DNA from: Eledone cirrhosa
Taxonomy: Eukaryota
Direction: 5' to 3'
NCBI GenBank assembly: GCA_964016885.1
Contig: OZ024743.1
Coordinates: 37,262,001 to 37,326,000, forward strand
Length of the DNA stretch: 64,000 bases
The number at the start of each line of letters is the position of its first letter. Positions within the stretch are counted from its first letter, which is position 1. The position numbers and the translations under genes were made by a program. Under the pieces are notes generated by a model. The model was not told the origin of the DNA, ran no database searches, and saw only the letters and a program-made list of their open reading frames with translations. Below, piece after piece: positions 1-16,600 of this stretch.

Positions 1-358
1 TCACCACCGCTATACTACCCTACCACTCACTGGTATCACCACACCGCCTACTACTAACGATCTACCTTCGTTCTCCCGCTATTCCACCACCAATACACCC
101 CCCACCAAAAATTAACTAACAACAACCTAATTTACTACTATATTAAACCCTGTACTACCAATATATATACTCACACACACGGTGCTACAACAGCTCACTC
201 CAAAACCACTTCCAATGTGCATGCACCACCACCACCTCTCTCTTCACCTACCTCCTTCTACATGACCATTTCCTCACTGACTACTTCCACTCTGATCACA
301 TTACTAACGCCAACTCGCTCTACACATTTCTCTTGGACACTGGATTACACGTGGATAT

Positions 359-563
<205 letters not shown>

Positions 564-687
564 AGCAAAGGGATATTTAATTTGTTGGTAAATATATTTA
601 TAACAGATTCGAAGCACTCGACAGTTTTCTGGAGTATAATATCAATAATATTAGTAAATGGAAACTATATTTATATAACCATAATTC

Positions 688-746
688 TTTTATTATATAT
701 ATTTCAAGGGTACCAACCTTTGGTACGCTCTCATCAGATAAAATAC
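688..746 (-). ncRNA. Type I minimal hammerhead ribozyme
   Basis: Minus strand reads ttttat-CTGATGA-gagcGTACCAA agg TTGGTACcctt-GAAA-TATATA-TA^-ataaaa, giving stems I and II and a palindromic stem III. Confidence 0.8.
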
Positions 747-871
747 AAAGTTTGTTTTATAAATATTGACATACCCAGGAATGATATCTTAACGGTTCAA
801 GTTTCTCCTGGATAAACTTGAACCCTTAAGATATCATTCCTGGGCATGTCAATATTTATAAAACAAACTTT

Positions 872-930
872 GTATTTTATCTGATGAGAGCGTACCAAAG
901 GTTGGTACCCTTGAAATATATATAATATAT
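872..930 (+). ncRNA. Hammerhead ribozyme motif (inverted copy, stem I weakened)
   Basis: CTGATGA at 881-887, GTACCAA/TTGGTAC stem II, then GAAA TATATA TA. Confidence 0.65.
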
Positions 931-973
931 TAAACATGGTTTTATTAATATAGTTTACATTTATTAATATCAT

Positions 974-1134
<161 letters not shown>

Positions 1135-1254
1135 TATATATATCACCTTGATCACCTTGACCGACCAGTCACAGCACGTCGTGCTGTTTTAGCCATAAGA
1201 TAACGCCATCCCACTGGCTGGGCGGGCAGGCCGATATATATATATATATATATA

Positions 1255-1895
1255 GTTTTGCGAGGTTTTTTATATGAAATCGTGTGTCGAAACAAATATT
1301 GTTATATTTGGGGAGGGTCATATTTGTGTAATAATATTGCCAGAATTAATAACAGAACACACTCTCTGTTTGGTTGGTTTTCGCTTCTGTGTCCTTTATA
1401 TCAGTTAATTTAATATATTCGGTCCTCAATGTTACCATTGACTGACCAACGGTCAAAAATACAGATACAATATAGACACAAACAGATATATATAGTCTAA
1501 CAAAGTTATTTCGTTGCACATCTGCAACATCGTCAGTGGTGCTATTATGTTTCCTCCCGTTGCATTGTATGCCTACATCATCTTTATTTAGTCTGTTTAT
1601 TTATACAGACTAAATAAAGATGGCGTAGGCATACAATGCAACGGGAGGAAACAATAGCACCACTGACGATGTTGCAGATGTGCAACGAAAGAACTTTGTT
1701 AGACTATATATATGTGTTTGTGTCTATATTGTATCTGTATTTTTGACCGTTGGCCAGTCAATGGTAACATTGAGGACCGAATAAATTAAATTAACCAATA
1801 TAAAGGACACAGAAGCGAAAACCAACCAAACAGAGAGTGTGTTCTGTTATTAATTCTGGCAATATTATTACACAAATATGACCCTCCCCAAATAT

Positions 1896-1903
<8 letters not shown>
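1255..1903. mobile_element. Fold-back mini-element (~300-bp arms) in (TA)n with a degenerate HHR core in each arm
   Basis: 1296-1595 and 1606-1903 are near-perfect inverted arms. CTGACGA-tGTTGCA gatg TGCAAC-GAAA at 1663-1690. Cleavage triplet and stem I are imperfect. Confidence 0.7.
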
Positions 1904-1961
<58 letters not shown>

Positions 1962-2291
1962 GGTCTGTTATTATTTGATTATCTTCACTAGTAAAAAATC
2001 GAGTGACAGTTACTAATTCAATTTTGAAATTCTATTACCATCTTCTAAATACGTGATGTTCCTATTTGAATATATATATATATATATATACATATTTCTT
2101 TAGGTTTGTTGGTTCACCACTGGATAGAATTGGTCATTCCGTATGGTCTATCTTGGTGTAATATTGTGGAGAGTACTCAACGTAGTGCAGTTCACTCGTC
2201 TTCGTTTGTGTAGTTGGTGGTGCGAATACGGAGTTAATTATAAATAAAATAACAGGAGGCTGGACTGGTGTAAATCCTTGAAAGGTTTATT

Positions 2292-2350
2292 ATACTATGA
2301 TCATTTCAATGACCGGGTTCCATATGAATCCGGTGATATCATCAGGTATT
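2292..2350 (-). ncRNA. Type I hammerhead ribozyme in a minus-strand pLTR-like segment (~2095-2600)
   Basis: Minus strand reads atac-CTGATGA-tatcACCGG..CCGGTcatt-GAAA-TGATCA-TA^-gtat. Confidence 0.7.
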
Positions 2351-3441
2351 CGAAATATAACAATGGAATATGTAAAAGACCATGGGTCCGAAAAATCAGA
2401 GACAGAGAGGACGACTAACCAACTAGCTGCTTTCACCCCGGCCAGTCGCCCTCAAAGTGATGGCAACTCAGTCTACTAATGACCATCTGGTGAGGGGGCG
2501 AAGGCTTATAATGCACTACCAGCTCTCCGTCAAAGAATAAAAAAAGGAGAGGAAAGAAAGAAAGGAAGAAAGAAGAAAAAAGAAAGAAGTCAGCGTAAGG
2601 GTCACACTACAGTCATGCTACAAAACGCCGCGAAAAATGTTATTCCAAAGAATCTATATTTTAACAAAGGCATATATAATGGGTGTCTGTATGGTCTTAT
2701 GTGTGAACATAAAATTGGAACGTTAAACTTATGTTACGAGTTATAGGATGAAATTAAATAAAAAAATAATAAATTGAAAAATAATAAATTGAAAAATAAA
2801 TTAAAAAAATTAAAAAATTATTAGAAAATTAAAGGTTAAGGTAACGAGATTTATTTAATAAACTTACCGAGAGAGTCTTATATGAAAAAAGTTAATCTCG
2901 ATAAGATATCAGGGTGGGATATAGAGTAAAGATTAAAACCTTCCATTGTGAATGCCAGCCAGCACCTCCTAACCACGTGTCAGCCAGTTTCGAGTGATAT
3001 TGTCCATCGAAAGAAATGGAAATTAATTTTTCCGAGTACTCTAGGAACGTAGCTACCTTAGGCCCCGGGTGTGCTATTTCGACAGGCCATCGTCTATACC
3101 AAACAAATACTATTAATTCAACGCATGAGGGGTTTATTTACGTGCCAGTAGAGGCATGATACAGCTAACAGTTATGCCTACGCCTGGAGTTTATAGGTAT
3201 AAGTATAATATGGCGATCAAAACAGGCGGCGCGGCGGGCCCGGGGCAAAGCATACCGCTCCGAGTAATTTCGTTTACCGAAAGAAGGGAAATTTATTTTT
3301 CCAAGCACTCAAGGAAGGCTGAACTTTCCGAACGCCCGGCGCGCAGCCCGGAAAAGCCATCACGTAAGTCGAAGGTAGCATACCCAGTGAAAAGTGCAAA
3401 TAGACTATAATTATTTTATTTTATTTTATTTATATATATAC

Positions 3442-4791
<1,350 letters not shown>

Positions 4792-5067
4792 TATATATAT
4801 ATATACACACACACATATATATATATATATTAATAATAATAAATTTGAAGACTAAAATCTAAAGAGGGCTCGATATGGATAAATATATATCAGATATATA
4901 GGAACCGTAGAGCAAATATTTATTAAAATAACAGATTAAAGTTTAAGCAAAGAATCGCTGCTTTCACTCTTAACGGGATCTTCTGAAACTAATAAAGTCA
5001 ATCTGTAAACGCAGAAGTAAATATTTCAAAAAACGTTGCAACCGAAGGGAGACAGGAAGACGATACT

Positions 5068-5343
5068 TTGGTTCGTGGAAACGTTCCCTGGCAAAGAACG
5101 AAAAAAAAAACGAAGATAATACGTCATTATTTGGTGCAGTGAAAACAATTACACGCGAAGACAAAACCACGTTTATGGTAAAAATGAAGTCGTAGACTAA
5201 TATTCTATTAGGTGGTTCATGGAGACGTTCTCTGGCAATGAACGGAAAAAACGAAGATATGTGGAGCAATGAGAACAATTACACGCAAAGACAAAACCAC
5301 GTAAATGCTATAACTGAAGTCGTAGACTAAAATTCTATTTAGG
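5068..5343. repeat. Diverged ~140-bp tandem duplication
   Basis: ggttc.tgga.acgttc.ctggcaa...acaattacacgc.aagacaaaaccacgt...gaagtcgtagactaa occurs twice. Confidence 0.8.
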
Positions 5344-5431
5344 AAACCGAATGATTCTCGGCTTCAGAGTTAATAATAAAGTAAATAAAATATAGAGGTA
5401 ATTGAAATTAAATATATACATACACACATCC

Positions 5432-5495
5432 ATATACGTACATACACAAGCATACGCGAAAACGTTTTCGCGTATGCTTGTGTATGTACGTATAT
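5432..5495. repeat. Perfect 64-bp palindrome with no spacer
   Basis: atatacgtacatacacaagcatacgcgaaaac|gttttcgcgtatgcttgtgtatgtacgtatat. Confidence 0.95.
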
Positions 5496-6639
5496 CTTAC
5501 TCCAAATGCCACGTAGAGAGATTCAGCCTGGAACAGACTTTCTAACCATGTAGATATATAGCAAAAGGGGTATAATGGTTTGTATTTACTCCAAAACATG
5601 CCAGGTATTTACTTCATTGACCGCAGAGGATGAAGGGACAATTCGACTCGAGCGCGATTATATATAACGGAATGTAAATCCAATACAACAATGTGGATTT
5701 CCTGTTCACATCGTTACCAGTTTCCATAGTATTTACTTCTATTTTGTAATATTTAATTGGTGATCTGTACTGAGGAATATATATATATGTTAGTGGAGCT
5801 TGCAACATGAATTCGATAATTGATTATGCATTAACGATAAGAATACCATAACATATTTACAATAATTTCTGAAAGAGTTCATAACCACAAACAATATTGA
5901 TTTCTTATGAACTAATTTAAATGCTATCGATAACTTTCAAACGTTTACGAAAAGACCACTGCTGTCTCTTTAATCCACGTTATGACACCCAGAAGCGGTG
6001 ATGATAAAATGCCTGAACACTATTAATCGATTATACTAATATACATATAGTGGCACCTTTTAGTCGTGGTATATCTCATATAACTAATAAATGCTTTAAT
6101 AACGTAAACTTTTACAACCATATTTCTAGTATCAATAATGTGAAAGTTGAGCCACATTTCAGTGGTTATGAAATGAAAAGAAAAGAGGGTCTTCATCGAT
6201 TTCAACGATGAGTGCTTTAGTTGTTTGATTAACAAAACAGCCAGCCCGTGAAATAGACGCGTAGGTGGCTGTGCTTCCGCTGCAGATACATTCCGCTGCA
6301 ATATAATTCTCAAGAGGATTCATCGTTACAAGGTTGGCTCAAATATCTTGCATGTCAGGCACTACTGACTTTAAGACGTAATGACACATTGGTGTGCTCT
6401 ACGGTATTTCAAAGAAAGATGGGATTTTCATGGTTGGTGGAGGCGTTGGTCATAGTCCAAACAACAATAAAAACAACTGCACGCAACTTATCGCACTTAG
6501 AAAGTAAAAAAGAGCACACGATAGTAGTCTTAGGATCAAAGTGAAGAGTACTTGATAAGTCTAAAAGTGTTTTCATTGCTCTCTCCATCTCTCACAATCT
6601 TTTTGATCTCGTTGAGAGCAGTAGGGTATGGAAGGCGGC

Positions 6640-7225
6640 CGGCTCTGTAGCGACAAGACAGGCACCGCTGCAGGATTGCGAGGCCGAGTGAAAACATGCT
6701 AGCGGTGTTGGTCGCGCTGGTCGGACAGGCTGGTCCAGCTGGCACGCCAGCCTGTCCAAGGCCATGTCGCACTGGATGGCATCCCATATGGCATCCCATA
6801 TGCTCTGGGATGTCTACAGGGAGAGGAGAAGAAGGGACGTTTATTCGGCAGAATCCGAGCTGGTTCCAAATCTCGCAGATGGCCTCGCGTTCCTCGACCA
6901 CAGTGGGTTCCGTTGTGTTGAGGAGAACCCTGTTAATCAGTTGACGGCAAGAGATTACCGACGAGAGAAACGCCGGCAAAGCCAGCGTGACTAAAGAGCA
7001 GATACCAAGGCCACCGTTTCTAACGGGTAAGGTGGCCTGTTGCCATCCAAAGTTGTCAAAACTGACGTTGCATATCTCCCCAGCTACCACTCGGATACAA
7101 GTATCGAGGTCAGTGAGGAGAGATGCGTGGCTGTAGCAAGGAACACTACGAAATGTGTAGAGAAGCTTCGGCATGACGAAGAAGTTCCTCAACAGGAAGA
7201 GAGCTTCATGTACATGACATACTTG
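6640..7225 (-). mobile_element. CRE-clade non-LTR retrotransposon fragment (RT thumb region)
   Basis: LLRNFFVMPKLLYTFRSVP...WQQATLPVRNGGLGI...LALPAFLSSV is typical of the CRE post-RT region. Confidence 0.75.
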
Positions 7226-7399
7226 GTATTGTGTAAAAAAATTTGCTAACAACCAAACAAATAATTCTTACGAACTTATTTAGGTTAAGCAAGTATAACC
7301 ACACGAAGAGGTATATTTAATTGGAATCAATGTTCGAATACAGTTTTCTGAAATCAACTTTCACACCAACGGAACTTATTATAGCCTAGGTGACTTTTA

Positions 7400-10300
7400 A
7401 CAATAATGAGAAAATAAGAGCTTTATAAGCAACAACAGCAATAGCAGCACCAGTAGCAATAGCAGCATAACAACATCACTACCAACAGCAACACCACCAG
7501 CAACAACACCACCAACAACAACACCCCCAACAACACCACCAACACAATCAACACCACCAACAACAACAGCACCATCAACAACAGAACCAACAACAACACC
7601 ACCCACAACAGCACCACCAATAACGACACCACCAACAACACCAACTACACCACCACCAACAACACCACCAACAACAACACCACCAATAACAACATCACCA
7701 AAACCACCACCACCAACAACACCACCAACAACAACACCACCGACAACAACACCACCGACAACAACACCACCAATAACATCACTACCAACAACAACACCAC
7801 CGACAACAACATCACGAATAACAACATCACCAACAATACCACCACCAACAACATCACCAACAACACCACCACCAACAACAGCATCACCAACAACACCACC
7901 AACAACAACACCACCAGTAACAACACCACCAACAACAACACCACCAATAACAACATCACCAACAACACCACCACCAACACCACCACCAACAACACCACCA
8001 CCGACAACAACACCACCAACAACAACACCACCAATAACAACATCACCAACAACACCACCAACAACAACACCACCACCAACAACACCACCGACAACAACAC
8101 CACCAACAACAGCACCACCAACAACACCACCAACAACACCATCACCAACAACACCACCAATAACAACACCACCAACAACACCACCACCACCACCAACACC
8201 ACCAACAACAACACCACCAATAACAACATCACCAACAACACCACCACCAACAACACCACCACCAACAACACCACCACCAACAACACCACCGACAACAACA
8301 CCACCAACAACAACACCACCAATAACAACACCACCACCAACACCACCACCAACAACACCACCAACAACACCATCACCAACAACACCACCAATAACAACAC
8401 CACCAATAACAACACCACCAACAACAACACCACCAACAACAACAACACCACCAACAACAACACCACCAACAACAACACCACCAACACCAACACCACCAAC
8501 AACACCACCACCAACAACACCACCACCAACAACACCACCACCAACAACACCACCAATAACAACACCACCAACAACAACACCACCAACACCAACACCACCA
8601 ACAACACCACCAACAACAACACCACCAACAACAACACCACCAATAACAACACCACCAACAACAACACCACCAACAACAACATTACCAACAACACCACCAC
8701 CACCAACAACACCACCAACAATAACACCACCAATAACAACACCACCACCAACAACACCACCAACAACACTACCACCAACAACACCACCAACAACACCACC
8801 AACAACACCACCAACAACAACACCACCACCAACAACACCACCAATAACAACACCACCAATAACAACACCACCAACAACATCACCACCACCAACACCACCG
8901 ACAACAACACCACCAACAACAACACCAACAACAACAACACCACCAACAACAACACCACCAACACCACCGACAACACCACCGACAACAACACCACCAACAA
9001 CAACACCACCAACAACAACACCACCACCAACAACAACACCACCAACAACACCGACAACAACACCACCGACAACAACACCACCAGCAACAACACCACCAAC
9101 AACAATACCAACAACAACAACAAAACCAATAACAATACCACCAACAACAATACCACCAACAACAACACCACCACCAACAACACCACCAATAACAACACCA
9201 CCAATAAAAACACCACCAACAACATCACCACCAACAACACCACCACCAACAACACCACCAACAACACCACCAACAACAACACCACCAATAACACCACCAC
9301 CAACAGCAACAACAACACCACCACCACCAACACCACCAACAACAACACCACCAACAACACCTACAACAACACCGCCAACAACACCAACACGACCAACAAC
9401 CTCCAACACCACCACCAACAGCAACAACAACACCACCACCACCAACACCACCACCACCAACACCACCAACAGCATCACCAACAACAACAACACCAACAAC
9501 AACAACAACAACAACACCAACAACACCACCAACAACACCACCAACAACAACACAACCAATAACAACACCACCGACAACAAAAACACCACCAACACCACCG
9601 ACAACAACACCACCAACAACAACACCAACAACAACAACACCACCAACAACAACACCACCAACACCACCGACAACACCACCGACAACAACACCACCAACAA
9701 CAACACCACCAACAACAACACCACCACCAACAACAACACCACCAACAACACCGACAACAACACAACCGACAACAACACCACCAGCAACAACACCACCAAC
9801 AACAATACCACCAACAACAAAACCACCAATAACAATACAACCAACAACAATACCACCGACAACAACACCACCAACAACAACACCAACAACAACAACACCA
9901 CCAACAACAACACCACCAACACCACCGACAACACCACCGACAACAACACCACCAACAACAACACCACCAACAACAACACCACCACCAACAACAACACCAC
10001 CAACAACAATACCACCAACAACAACACCACCAATAACAATACCACCAACAACAATACCACCAACAACAACACCACCAACACCACCACCAACAACACCACC
10101 AACAACACCACCAACAACACCACCAACACCACCACCACCAACAACAACAACACCAACAACACCACCACCAACAACAACACCGACACCACCACCACAACAA
10201 ACACCGCCACCTCCAACACCACCACCACCACCAACACCACCACCACCACCACCACCACCAACAACAACACCACCATCACTTCCAACAACAATAACAACCA

Positions 10301-10545
10301 CCAACCCCACCACCACCACCATCACCACCAACACCAACAACACCACCAGCACCACCAACAACAAAAAAAACCACCAAATACTTCCAACAACAATAACAGC
10401 CACCAACACCACCTAATACTTCCAACAACAATAACAGCCACCACCACCACCACCACCACCACCACCACCACCACCACCACCACTACCAACACCACCACCA
10501 ACAACAATACCACCATCACTTCCAACAACAATAACAACATGGTCA
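7400..10545. repeat. Degenerate (AAC/ACC)n trinucleotide tract, ~3.1 kb, with internal ~260-bp duplications
   Basis: Direct reading. A block marked by the same ccg variants recurs at about 8897, 9598 and 9856. Confidence 0.95.
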
Positions 10546-10654
10546 AACACGAAATAAAACTTGTTTCGCATTAAGTGTTAGTAATGACACTGTAAGGCTG
10601 AGTAAAGACAGAGACGAGAAGGTATTAAGGAAGGAAAGGGGAGATAATAAGACA

Positions 10655-13600
10655 CACCATCTACACCACACCATCTACACCACACCAATCTACACAACAC
10701 CATCTACACCACACCACTCTACACCACACCATCTACACCACATCATCTACACTGACTACACCACACCATCTACACCACTCTACACCATACTACACCACTC
10801 TACACCACACTACACCACTCTACACCACACTACACCACACTACACCACACTACACCACTCTACACCACACTACACCACTCTACACCACACTACACCACAC
10901 CACACTACACCACATTACACCACACTACACCACACTACACCACACTACACCACTCTACACCACACTACACCACACTACACCACACTACACCACTCTACAC
11001 CACACTACACCACTCTACACCACACTACACCACTCTACACCACACTACACCACTCTACACCACACTACACCACACCACACTACACCACACTACACCACTC
11101 TACACCATACTACACCACTCTACACCACATTACACCACACTACACCACACTACACCACACTACACCACTCTACACCATACTACACCATACTACACCACTC
11201 TACACCATACTACACCACACTACACCACTCTACACCACTCTACACCACACTACACCACTCTACACCATACTACACCACACTACACCAGACTACACCACAA
11301 TACACCACATTACACCACTCTACACCATACTACACCACTCTACACCACACTACACCACTCTACACCACACTACACCACTCTACACCACTCTACACCCCAC
11401 TACACCACTCTACACCACTCTACACCACTCTACACCATACTACACCACTCTACACCATACTACACCACTCTACACCACTCTACACCACTCTACACCATAC
11501 TACACCACTCTACACCATACTACACCCCACTACACCACTCTACACCACTCTACACCACTCTACACCATACTACACCACTCTACACCATACTACACCACTC
11601 TACACCACTCTACACCATACTACACCACTCTACACCATACTACACTACACTACACCACTCTACACCATACTACACCACTCTAAATCACACTACACCACTC
11701 TACACCACTCTAACCATACTACACCACACTACACCATACTACACCACACTACACCACACTACACCACACTACACCACTCTACACCATACTACACTACACT
11801 ACACCACACTACACCACACTACACCATACTACACTACACTACACCACACTACACCACTCTACACCATACTACACCACTCTACACAATACTACACCACACT
11901 ACACCACTCTACACCACTCTACACCACCACACTACACCACACAACACCACACTACACCACTCTACACCACACTACACCACACTACACCACACTACACCAC
12001 TCTACACCACTCTACACCACACTACACCACACTACACCACACTACACCACACTACACCACTCTACACCACACTACACCACTCTACACCAGACTACACCAT
12101 TCTACACCATACTACACCACTCTACACCACACTAAACCACTCTACACCACAATACACCACACTACACCACACTACACCACTCTAAACCACTCTACACCAC
12201 ACTAAACCACCCTACATCACACTACACCACACTGCACCACACTACACCAATTTACACCACTCTACACCACACTACACCACACTACACCACTCTACACCAT
12301 ACTACACCACTCTACACCACACTACACCACACTACACGACACTACACCACACTACACCACACTACACCACTCTACACCACACTGCACCACTTACACCATA
12401 CAACACCACACTACACCACACTACACCACACTACACCACTCTACACCACAATACACCACACTACAGCACTCTACACCATATTACACCACTCTACACTACA
12501 CTACACCACACTACACCATACTACACCACTCTACACCACTCTACACCACTCTACACCACACTACACCACTCTACACCACACTACACCACCTACACCACAC
12601 TACACCATACTACACCACTCTACACCATACTACACCACTCTACACCACACTACACCACTCTACACCACTCTACACCATACTACACCACTCTACACCACAC
12701 TACACCACTCTACACCACACTACACCACTCTACACCCCACTACACCACACTACACCACTCTACACCATACTACACCACTCTGCACCACACTACACAACAC
12801 TACACGACTCTACACCATACTACACCACTCTAGACCATACTACACCCCTCTACACGACACTACACCACTCTACACCACACTACACCACTCTACACCACAC
12901 TACACCACTCTACACCACACTACACCACTCTACACAACTCTACACCATACTACACCACTCTACACCACTCTACACCACGCTACACCTCACTACACCACTC
13001 TACACCACTCAACACCACACTACACCTCTCTACACCACTCTACACCATACTACACCACACTACACCACTCTACACCACACAACACCACTCTACACCACTC
13101 TACACCATACTACACCACTCTACACCACTCTACACCACACTACACGACACTACACCACACTACACCACACTACACCACTCTACACCACACTGCACCACTT
13201 ACACCATACTACACCACACTACACCACACCACACTACACCACACTACACCACTCTACACCACAATACACCACACTACAGCACTCTACACCATATTACACC
13301 ACTCTACACCACACTACACCACTCTACACCACACTACACCACCTACACCACACTACACCATACTACACCACTCTACACCATACTACACCACTCTACACCA
13401 CACTACACCACTCTACACCACTCAACACCACACTACACCTCTCTACACCACTCTACACCATACTACACCACTCTACACCACTCTACACCACACAACACCA
13501 CTCTACACCACTCTACACCATACTACACCACACTACACCATACTACACCACACTACACCACTTTACACCACACTACACCATACTACACCACACTACACCA

Positions 13601-16600
13601 CTCTACAACACTCTACACCATACTACACCACTCTACACCACACTACACCACTCTACACCACACTACACCACACTACACCACTTTACACCACACTACACCA
13701 CTCTATACCACACTACACCATACTATACCACACTACACCACACTACACCACTCTACACCACTCTAACCATACTACCCCATACTACACCATACAACACCAC
13801 TCTACACCACACTACAACACACTACACCACACTACACCACACTACACCATACTACACCACACTACACCACACTACACCACACTACACCACACTACACCAC
13901 ACTACACCACTCTAAGCCACACTACGCCACTCTACACCACACTACACCACTCTACACCACACTACACCACTCTACACCACTCTACCTCACACTACACCAC
14001 TCTACACCACTCTATACCAAACTATACCACTCTACACCACTCTACCCCATACTACACCACTCTACACCACTCTACACCACGCTACACCACACTACACCAC
14101 TCTACACCACTCTACCTCACACTACACCACTCTACACCACTCTACACCAAACTACACCATACTACACCACTCTACACCACTCTAAATAACTCTACACCAC
14201 TCTAAACCACTCTACACCACACTACACCATACTACTCCACACTACACCACTCTACACCATACTACACCACTCTACACCACACTACGACACTCTACACCAC
14301 TTTAACCATACTACACCACACTACACCATACTACACCACTCTACACAACACTACACCACACTACACCACACTACACCACTCTACACCACACTACACCACT
14401 CTACACCACACTACACCACACTACACCATACAACACCACACTACACCACACTACACCACACTACACCACTCTACACCACACTACACCATACTACACCAAT
14501 CTACACATACTACACCACTCTACACCACACTACACCACTCTACACCACACTACACCACTCTACACCACACTACACCATACTACACCACACTACACCACTC
14601 TACACCATACTACACCACTCTACACCACACTACACCACTCTACACCACTCTAACCATACTACACCACACTACACCATACTACACCACTCTACACCACACT
14701 ACACCACACTACACCACACTACACCATACTACACCACACTACACCACACTACACCACACAACACCACTCTACACCACACTACACCACTCTACACCACACT
14801 ACACCACTCTACACCACTCTACCTCACACTACGCCACTCTACACCACTCTATACCAAACTATACCACTCTACACCACTCTACACCACACTACACCACGCT
14901 ACACCACACTACACCACTCTACACCACTCTACCTCACACTACACCACTCTACACCACTCTACACCAAACTACACCATACTACACCACTCTACACCACTCT
15001 AAATAACTCTACACCACTCTACATCACTCTACACCACACTACACCATACTACTCCACACTACACCACTCTACACCATACTACACCACTCTACACCACACT
15101 ACACCACTCTGCACCACTCTAACCATACTACACCACATTACACCATACTACACCACTCTACACTACACTACACCACACTACACCACACTACACCACTCTA
15201 CACCACACTACACCACACTACACCACTCCTCACCACACTACACCATACTACACCAATTTACACCATACTACACCACTCTACACGACAATTACACCACTCT
15301 ACACCACACTACACCACTCTACACCACACTACACCACTCTACATCACACTACACCACTCTACACCAAACTATACCACTCTACACCACTCTACACCATACT
15401 ACACCCCTCTACACCACTCTACACCACGCTACACCACACTACACCACTCTACACCACTCTACATCACACTACACCACTCTACACCACACTACACCATACT
15501 ACACCACACTACACCACTCTACACCACTCTACACCATACTACACCACTCTACACCACACTACACCACTCTACACCACACTACACCGCTCTACACCACACT
15601 ACACCATACTACATCAATCTACACCACTCTACACGACACTACACCACTCTACACCACACTACACCACTCTACACCACACTACACCAATCTACACCACACT
15701 ACACCACTCTACACCACTCTATACCAAACTATACCACTCTACACCACTCTACACCACTCTACACCATACTACACCACACTACACAACTCTACACCATACT
15801 ACTCAACTCTACACCACACTACACCACTCTACACCACTCTAACCATACTACACCAGACTACACCATACTACACCACTCTACACCACACTACACCAGACTA
15901 CACCACACTACACCATACTACACCACACTACACCACACTACACCACACTACACCACTCTACACCACACTACACCACTCTACACCACACTACACCATACTA
16001 CACCAATCTACACCATACTACACCACTCTACACCACACTACACAACTCTACACCACACTACACCACTCTACACCACACTACACCACTCTACACCACACTA
16101 CACCACTCTACACACCTTTATACCAAACTATACCACTCTACACCACTCTACACCATACTACACCACTCTACACCACTCTACACCACGCTACACCACACTC
16201 CACCACTCTACACAACTCTACATCACACTACACCACTCTACACCACTCTACACCATACTACACCATACTACACCACTCTACACCACTCTAAATAACTCTA
16301 CACCACTCTACACCACTCTACACCACACTACACCATACTACACCACACTACACCACTCTACACCGTACTACACCATTCTACACCACACTACACCAATCTA
16401 CACCACTCTAACCATACTACACCACACTACACCACTCTACACCACACTAACCATACTACACCACACTACACCACTCTACACCACTCTACACCACACTACA
16501 CCACTCTACACCACACTACACCACATTACACCACTCTACACCATACTACACCACTCTACACCACTCTACACCACTCTACACCACTCTACTCCACACTACA

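Noticed and set aside
7397-10412. 966-, 571- and 395-aa minus-strand ORFs (poly V/L/G/C/W)
   Set aside because: Translations of the GTT/GGT repeat, which lacks stops by composition.
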